Assembly (NCBI RefSeq): GCF_009914755.1
Contig: NC_060936.1
Direction: 5' to 3' (one strand)
From: the human T2T-CHM13v2.0 reference genome, Homo sapiens
DNA length: 64,000 nt
The notes beneath the pieces are model-generated. The model saw nothing but the letters and a program-made list of their open reading frames with translations, was not told where the DNA came from and did not search any database. The position numbers and the translations under genes were made by a program. Below are positions 55,701 through 64,000 of the stretch, piece by piece; position 1 is the stretch's first letter, and every line of letters starts with the position of its first letter.

Positions 55701-57602
55701 ACTCTGGTATCAACAAAATAACATTAGAGATTTATGTGTAGCTCTACTCTTATTCCCTAAACTTTCTATTTGTAACTTAATTGCACTTATTATAGTGACT
55801 ACTCCCTAATAACAACTAATTTCCAAATAATGCTTTACAGTTTGAAATGTTTTCTGCTATTTGACTTGCACATCGGTGACCTATGTAATAAGCTGAACAA
55901 ACACTATGATAACTCCCACTTATAGATGAGGAAGTAGGGAGGCCTGACATCACATAAATAAAGACTCATGTCTTCTGAGACAAATTCCTTGTTCTTTCCA
56001 CTATACACCACATTGCCACACCACATACACCCCCACCAGTCCATACTTCAAAATGCCTCTTGAAAAATCAAAGTTAATTCAATTAAGTTTGAGACAATTT
56101 CAGCATTAAGGATTCTTTATATGAATATGCCAATAATTTGCAAATTGATATTCAGCTGTGGCTTGTAAGTTAACTCTCTTTTTAATCACATTACTCAATT
56201 GATCCATAAAACAATTGTCAGAGTAATTTATAATAGAATCCATTTTCTGAAAGAAGAAAAGAAGCTAACTAATGTTTATTAAATACCTGCAATGTGGCAG
56301 ATATTTTTATCGAAGGTTTTATAATTTAATCTTCAAAATAGCCTTGTGAAGTAACTTCCATGTTTTCATTGTCCTGTTGGTGATAATAATAGTATAAATC
56401 TATTTATTGACCACTCATATTGTATCTGGTGTAACCCTCACATCTGTTGGGTTGGTTGCATAAGTGAGATCTAAATCATAGGAACATTGAGAACTATACC
56501 CAAGGTCATATGTTGGGATTTCACCTTAGATCCAAAGTTCATGTTCTTAACAACAACTTAGTGGTTCAGAGTAGCCAAGACCATCGTTTGGTCGGTCAGT
56601 AGGACAGTGCACATTCTGTGTGAGGTTCTTTCCTCAGGATTGTGAAGAATAAATGGGGCCTCTGTCCTGGGTGTCTTGAAGTCTATTGTTGATGTAAGGT
56701 CAAGGGAATAGATGAAGTTGAGAGAACAGGGACAAGGAGAAATGTGACAATGTCCTCAGTAAAAGATGAGTTTCTTTTCCAGAGATCTAGAGAACCTGGA
56801 ACATGAGGTCATCGAGGTGAGCTTCCTGTTTACTCCTAGTCTTGTCAAAACATGAAAAGGTTAAGGATCAGAACAAATGCAAAGCAACCCAAAGGGCTTT
56901 TAACTCACATTTGCAGCTGGGTCAAGTACAAGGCTCAGTGCTAAGGCTAGCATGTCAACAGGCAACAGAGAGAGTATGCAGCTCCTTTGCTCCTCTTCAG
57001 CTGTGGTGTTCTTCCTCTAAAAAAATGACCTTCTGACTGGAATGGATGGAACGGAGAGAATGAAAGCTGCCCATGGGTGAAGAGATGTAAGGGAGCTCCT
57101 GTCTTCTCTACATGTGGTTCAGCTTCCTGGCTTAAAGGGATCCCAGCCCAGGGAGCTGAGAAAACTTGCAGACGAGCTTGCTAAAGCATTTTTGTTAAAT
57201 TAGGAGGAACCAGAGTAGGACAGGAGAGGTGGCGGACCTCTACCTTCAAGTACACATTGACTTGATTGTCAAAAGTGAAGGAATGTGGAGGCCTGGGAGT
57301 CAGGGCAGGATTCCAGAAGGATGGCTGGAAAGAGAGGGTGTGAATTTTGGAAGAGGGTAATCTGATCATGGGGAGTCATCTGGATGCATTAAAGACAAAT
57401 CATAGAACATGCCTAGTGAAAGACATTTCCTGCCGAGAAGTCAAGTAAATGCAATGTATAAGGAGTGTTTGGATTTCAGTAATTCATTTATCAAAGTTAG
57501 AGCTCTAAATGGTGCAGATGTTGCATAAGAAATTAGAGTTTCACATAGAAGATTAAAGGTTGCTGTCTAATAAAATCTAAAAGTCTATGATTCTCTGCTT
57601 CT

Positions 57603-57616
57603 ACACTAGATGGCAA
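57603..57616 (+). promoter_or_regulatory. CTCF-like core motif
   Basis: ACACTAGATGGCAA versus CCACTAGATGGCAG (12/14). Confidence 0.3.
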
Positions 57617-58809
57617 CTCCCTGATTTGGAGATTTCTAGAAAATACATGTAAACCAAATGACTAATAGAGATGCTTTTACTCCCTGAGGCCCTGACAACA
57701 TATTGTATTTGAAACATAATACAGAGAATATCACAAACGAAATACATTTGAGTACTGACATCCTCTATCCACTTACTCTAACTTTTTTCTTTACATAAAT
57801 CAAATAGATAAATCCTCTCAGCCCGTCCTCACCTTGTCCTCTCTCTGCCAAACCGCAAAGAGGTTTTGTTTTCCTGTGAGTTTTCCGATTGTTGAGGGAG
57901 AATGAAAAGTTTCCAGAAAGAGACTGGGGCATGTTGAAACCTGGATGACTTTTATGTTTTTGGCCCTTGTTCCTCTTCCAGCAATGGGATGTTTTCTGTT
58001 GTCCAAATGTCTTCACCAAACACACATGACATTCTAGCAGCAGGCTGAGAAGGCGTTTTGTTTTTTTGTTTTGTTTTGTTTTATCTCCAATTTCTGACTA
58101 CATTAGGTTTCTTTTGTTTACAAGCACGGTTTTCAAGTTTTCTGGGGAAATGTTTTTGAATTTTTGTTTTTCTGTGGAAGCAAGCATCCCCCACTTCCCT
58201 CAGTGAAGTTGACATAAGCAAGTGGGACTGAAGGATGTTCTTCCTTCCTCAAAAACAAGGAAAAATGAAGCGTTCTCCTCTTCCAAGGAGAGCATGTGCA
58301 CAAGTGTGTTCTAACGAGAAATATCAACTAAACTACTTTCTATTAGAGCATGTACCTGTGGCCAGGAAGGGACCTGGAACCACTGCTTATTGGGCCCGTT
58401 GTTTTGAAACCATGAACAACAGCCCAATGAATTCATCCTTTGGCAGACACTTGACAGAGATAGATATTTCTGTTTCTAAAAACTGTAGTCACCGATTCCT
58501 AAGGGCAGGGAAATAATTAAGAGTGCAAAAACTACAATGAATCAAAGAAAAATAAAATGCCCCTTACATATCCTGTTTAAGTTGACAATTTTTATTATCC
58601 AGAAAACAATTGAATTACCATTCTCTTATACTAGAGGGACAAAAAGGGGAGGGAGGAATGGAGAAAGAGATGTGTGGAGGGAAGAAAGAAAACAAAAACC
58701 AGGCCCATAATCCAGTTACAAGTGAAGACATGGAGAAACAGATACAGATAGAGCCAGAAACAGACAAAGTCAGGCAGAGACACAAACAGAAACTCTTTCA
58801 TGTAGTAGA

Positions 58810-58842
58810 AACACACACACACACACACACACACAGACACAC
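58810..58842. repeat. (CA)n microsatellite
   Basis: Directly visible. Confidence 0.93.
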
Positions 58843-59139
58843 TCCAGGAGAAATAAACATATGCACAAAGCATACAGAGACCTGGCTAAACTAAATTAGA
58901 AGCATACACATTTTAGAGACCTACACATTGAGAGAGATGGAGAGAACTAAGGGTTCTTTGGATGCTAGGAAGAAACAAGGGAAGGGTGTGTGGGAGCACC
59001 CATTCATTCAGTGCCTTCCACTCTTCACACTTGAGCTCCTTGCAGCTCCTTGAGCTGCCTTGAGCTCCTTGCAGGGGACCCTAGTGCAGTTTTTACAAAC
59101 AAAAGTTTTTTATCTTGCCTGCAGCATTTTCTAATTGCA

Positions 59140-59490
59140 GGACTATGGGCCAGCTACTTAGCCTCTCTGAGGTTCAGTTGCCCTATCTCTAAAATGGGGA
59201 TAATGATATCTACATCACAGGGTTGTCGTAAGAATCAAATGAGATAATATAGCTATAGTGCCCTGTGCACAGCCTGGCTCAGAGTTTGTACTCAATAGAT
59301 GGTAACTGACACTATTATTAAAATTCATAGCAACACTATAGTGTAGGGATTATTATTTTTTATATAGGCAAGGAAATTGAAACTCAGAAAAGTTAGATAG
59401 TTTGCCCAAGTTACACAATTTTGAGTGATAGACCTAGATTTTAATCCAAATCTACCTGGCTTAAGAGCCTATGCTCATTTCACTGCACCG
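59140..59490. mobile_element. Two adjacent MIRs in opposite orientation
   Basis: Sense core 'cctctctgaggttcagttgccctatctctaaaatggggataat', then antisense 'aaggaaattgaaactcagaaaagttag...ttgcccaag'. Confidence 0.7.
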
Positions 59491-59539
59491 TAGTTGAAAC
59501 CTATCTCACTTTGTCATGCTGCATTTGTGTGTGTGCACA

Positions 59540-59815
59540 TGTGTATGTGCCTCTGTCTCCCCTCTTCTGAGTCTCCAATGTCTATGATACAACTCTGTCT
59601 TTCTTTGCGTACCCATAGCTTAGCTCCCACTTATAAGTGAGAACATGTGGTATTTGGTTTTCCATTCCTGAGTTACTTTACTTGGGATAGTGATCTCCAG
59701 TTCCATCCAAGTTGCTGCAAAAGACATTATTTCGTTCTTTTTTAAGGCTGAGTAATATTCCATGTATATGTGTTTATATACATATGACACGTTTTCTTTA
59801 TCTACTTATTGGTTG
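59540..59815 (-). mobile_element. L1PB-like 3' fragment
   Basis: 'tagctcccacttataagtgagaacatgtggtatttggttttccattcctgagttac'. Confidence 0.75.
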
Positions 59816-60298
59816 AGGATGAAAAACACTTTAAAAGGAAGGGTAAATCACACATATAAATTGTATTCAATTCCTTTGGTTAGAACTCATTTCCCCATGC
59901 ACCTCTAGGTGCCCAGCCAAGTCCTTACAACATCAATTGTTCTTTTCCTAACTCCTCCTGATAACACCAAACTATCTTTCCCAGGAACTTGTACTCAACT
60001 AACTTGCTGATGGTATTGACCTACTAAACTTGAATTTCCTTGAGAACAGAATGGTTGTTGTATCACCACATTATTGGTCACGGGCAGGCACTAAATTCCT
60101 TCTGAAGATTTCGTAGAAACCAATCTGTTTTTTTGTTTTTTTTTTTACATTCTGACTAATTTATGTCTATGTCCTATCTCAGGACCAGGTCCTCTGTCTT
60201 TTTCATCCTTATATCTACTTTGTGCCTCAGATACTACCCTGAAGGCCAGAGGAGTGCAATACATACTTCATAGCTCCTGTTTTTTAAAAGGCAGGAAC

Positions 60299-60464
60299 AG
60301 CTGGGTGCAGTGGCTCATGTCTGTAATCCCAGCTACTCAGGAGGCTGAGGCAGGAGGATTTCTTGAGTCAAGGAGGCTGAGGCTGCAGTGAGCCCTGATT
60401 GTGCTACTGCACTCCAGTCTGGATGACAAAGGAAGAACTTGCCTTGAAAGAAAAGAAAGAAAAG
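60299..60464 (+). mobile_element. Free Alu monomer (FRAM/FAM-like)
   Basis: Single monomer with A-rich tail; TSD aaaaggcaggaac / aaaaggcagcaac at a TTTT/AAAA site. Confidence 0.85.
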
Positions 60465-62212
60465 AAAAGGCAGCAACGTTTTCCCCACACTCTCCTCTTA
60501 ACCGTAAAGGAAATTCTCTGGAATTTCTTCAAAGATTACTTTCTACCCTTCTTCAGAAATACAGAGTCCTGACTCTGGAGATGGGGCTCGTGTCTGCACC
60601 TCAAATCCATCAGATCCAGACACTTCATATTAGCCTTACCTTGTATGGTCTTATTCAGCGGAGGCATGTGTGCCACTGGATTGCTGAAAGTGGCCCAAAT
60701 GGGCACTGAGGCCGGACCCATCAATGAGCAAAGTCTTCAGGAATTTTTTTCAGCTGTCATGTCAAAAATATTTTTCATGGGCCTAAAACCAGGATTCTCA
60801 CACTATTTCTCTATCTGGTCTGTTCTAAGTGAGTCTTCTCTGGATTATGCATTTCTGATGCGTGTTCCTGGGGCTGTGCTGTCCTGTCCATGCACGGGTC
60901 TGTCCCCAGGGCAAGGTTCACACTCATCTTTCATGTGGCGGCCAGGGGGAACCTGCGAATGAAGGACTTGATGTGTTATTGTGTGCCAACCCCTCTAAAC
61001 TTAGGCTCTACTTAATCACTCCAAGGCATGGCTGTTTGCCATTTCTCTGACAGTTCTCATTTGTTAAAGAAAAACAAAGTCATGCTGGGGGCGGGGGGTC
61101 CTACTTGGGGAACAGCACCCTCCTGAGGGGCTGCCAGACCCCATCTCTCCCTTGTTCAGGCCATCAGAGAAAGGAGGATGGGTTTCCTGGTGTAGTTGGA
61201 CATTTCTAGGATTTTTTAACCTGCATCACTGCAGGGGAAAAGACAAAGAAGAGAGATGCAGAAAGGGCCCACTTGTAAATCAGCTTCTCAGTGGTGGGCT
61301 CAGGCCTCCATAGCCAATAAGCCCTATAAGCAGCTATGACTACCAGGGAGCAAAGACTTCTGGGCTACTGCTGATTCATTACAGCAGATTACATCAAGCT
61401 GAGAAAGGTGAAAAGGGGAGAATTCAGAGGAAGCAAGACAGAGGAGGCCAAGGAAAAGAGACAGACACAGCAGCCCTGGAGAGCAGGAGGGAGCAGGCAG
61501 AGAACAGGGCAGCAGGCACTTGTCTTGGGGAGGCCTCCCTGGATGGAGGCCCAGGGCCTTGGTGAGGGTGGCTGGCTCACATTCACAATGGATTTCAGAG
61601 CTTTCAAGTTATTTCCCTGCCACTTTGAAATACCACCTTCCCAATGATCCAGCTCATACATCAGAATGTGTTTGTGATGTAAAGTGGCATAAGTATGTAC
61701 TTGCTGACCCAATTCCTGAATTTTTGCAGGATAATTAAGTAGCATTTTCACCGGGAGTGTAGTCAAATATGATTTGTACTGGAGGTCCTTATTCTGCCAG
61801 GTGCGTGCAGAGAGTAAAATGCTGTGGAAATAACATTTATTTAACAGGTACCTACCCCATGTCTATGTATTTCTACCAATAAGGAAACAAGGGACCAAAG
61901 AGGTAAAGTCTCTTGACCACAGGTCCCTTCCTCCCTCCCTCCCTCTTTCACAGAAAGAGCTCTCTGGAACCATCTTGAGCCACCCTGTGAATCTTGCCAT
62001 GTCCATAAACATGCATACATACACACAGACTTTCTCATCCTTATTCTCACAAATATACTTTTAGTGAAGATTATTTTAGAACATGGTATGATACAGTAAT
62101 GATCCAAACAATGGCCTGACTGTCCTACTTGAATTGCTTGTATAATATAGTACGGCATTGGTGTCAACTGATATAGATTTAGATTTATACATTGAAATTA
62201 ATATTATAAGAA

Positions 62213-62649
62213 TGGTAAAGATGCAGGATTTTTTGCTCCTTAGCTCAGCTAATCTAGGTTTTTGTCTCATGAACAGGAAGAATGAGGGATGCGGACACAA
62301 TGAAGGGTGAGGAGGATAGAATTTATTAAGTGAAAAGAAAGTTCTCAGTAAAGACAGGGGGTCGTACAAGCAAGTTTCCACCCCCTCCCCAAAATGAATA
62401 CCAGGGCCACCACACACGAGCTGAAGAGGCCAGGCTCTTCCCCTGCATAAGGCGTGGATTTCCGGTGGCTCCACCCCATTCCCCCAGTGCATGTGGGCTT
62501 CCAGTCCACTGTGGGCATGCCCAGGCAAGAATCTGTGCAGGTTCCCTACGTGCACAAAACATCTAGTGTAAACACTTTTGGGGGTGGGATGGAGATTCTT
62601 TGAGGACCCTTCCCTATCTGCCTAGGCCTTTCTCTGCTTCCTGCCTCTA
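62213..62649 (-). mobile_element. MER61-type ERV1 solo LTR with p53-like element
   Basis: Minus strand 'agaggcaggaagcagagaaaggcctaggcagatagggaagggtcc...gtgtttacactagatgttttgtgcac'; GGGCATGCCC AGGCAAGAAT at 62513-62532. Confidence 0.72.
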
Positions 62650-62699
62650 GGAGTAATAATACTAGTGAGAATACAAACTATGCTTGTTCAAACACTACT

Positions 62700-62900
62700 T
62701 TGTTATGTTATGACACAGTCATCCCACTTAATCCTTACAACACTCTATGAAGAGGTATTTTTATCCTATTTTGTAAATAAGGAAACTGAAACTTACCGTG
62801 GTTAAGTAACAGGCTTAGGGCTACCCAACTGGGAAGTGTAGAATCGGGATTCAAACTCTGGTTTTCCAGACTACTCAGCCCTAGTTCTTCAACCCTATTC
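62700..62900 (-). mobile_element. MIR SINE
   Basis: 'ttaatccttacaacactctatgaag...aaataaggaaactgaaac...ggttaagtaac'. Confidence 0.75.
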
Positions 62901-64000
62901 TAGTCTCATTGCTTTTCCTCAAGTTTCATCTGAATCCAGCTCTGCTTAACTAAATTGATGCTTGCATTTCCTTCTTAGGTCCCTAAATAGAAGTCCCTTG
63001 AATGCATTCCTGGAGCCTTTTCTGCCAGTGCTCTTTCCAGCAGGTGTCAGGATACCATTTTCCTTCTACCCTCCTCTTGAGGCCCTTGGCCAGCTCCCTG
63101 GACATCCCAGCTGACTCAGGACTCATGCCTCTCACTGGCACTGCCCACTGTGCCTCTTCTCTGCTCCTGAGTCTGGCCTTTCTAGAAAACTTTCAGTACT
63201 TTTGTTGTTGTTGCTGTTTGTTTGCTTGCTAGACTGCTCTTTTGCCTTCTGATCTGAGAAAGGCAGTTGGACTGTAGGGAGACTCCCTGGGCTGGGCAGT
63301 GGATCCCACACGCTCCCTCCATTCCCCACAGGGTTGAGTGGTTGCATTTTCTTTGTGTCTCCTCACTCTTCTGGTATATATTATTAGCTTATTTCTGTTT
63401 TCCCTTTTTTAAACTTTTAAAACAAATTCCAATCATCCAACTAAAACTTTTAGATAACTTTTACTCCTAAAGCTTAGGTCAAGCTTCTTTTTAAATGTCA
63501 TTTGAACACTAAGCATATTTTGAACTTTACAAAATAGGACTTTTTTTCTTGTTTAATTAAATATTTCAGCATAAAATGTTTTGAAGTTTAGAAAGGTTTA
63601 GAGAATAGTTATAAATACCTTTTAATATTTTTATAGTTTTATACTTTTTACCACCCAGCATTACAAAATCTTAAAACTTAGCCATATTTTTTTGAGTTTT
63701 TTGTTTTAAAGAGAGAAAGCATTAACTCTTAATTCTGAAAATTGGTCTTTAAAAGGGAATAATCAAGTGTGCTACCCGACTTCCTGTTGTGAACTATATT
63801 TCAGGATAACTAAATAGCCCTTGTAGATGAAGAAAAATTTTTTAAGTGAAGAATTCAGTGTAATGCAATCTAACTTGACAAGTACCATTGTATATGCACA
63901 AATGAAGTCATCACTGCAGGCAACGATCATCAATGGATGAAACTATTAAATGAAAGGTTGTCAGGGACCATTGCAGTGGAGGAATGAGGCTGCCCCCATC

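Overview
This is primate (very likely human) non-coding genomic DNA, intergenic or deep intronic. I find no credible host protein-coding exon, RNA gene or prokaryotic-type system, and I could not identify the locus. The first ~23 kb is moderately GC-rich and enhancer-like: old MIR/L2/L1M/MER5/LTR33 relics plus clustered TF motifs (NF-kB pair at ~3.4-3.8 kb, three UPRE/XBP1-CREB3-type TGACGTGG sites at 10.9-11.5 kb, tandem CTCF-like cores at 21.6-21.7 kb). 27.7-52.4 kb is transposon-dense. It is dominated by a nested stack: a MaLR (MLT1) LTR holds a near full-length ERV-L provirus (MLT2 LTRs, gag-pro-pol-dUTPase, minus strand). The provirus 3' LTR holds a Tigger1 deletion derivative, which holds a full-length ~6.0 kb L1PA2/3 with a perfect 14-bp TSD. 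That L1 has dead ORF1/ORF2 but an intact antisense ORF0 with both splice donors. A MER61-type solo LTR with a p53-like site lies at 62.2-62.6 kb. Repeat subfamily names are from recalled consensus sequences, not a database run. All regulatory calls are motif-level inferences.
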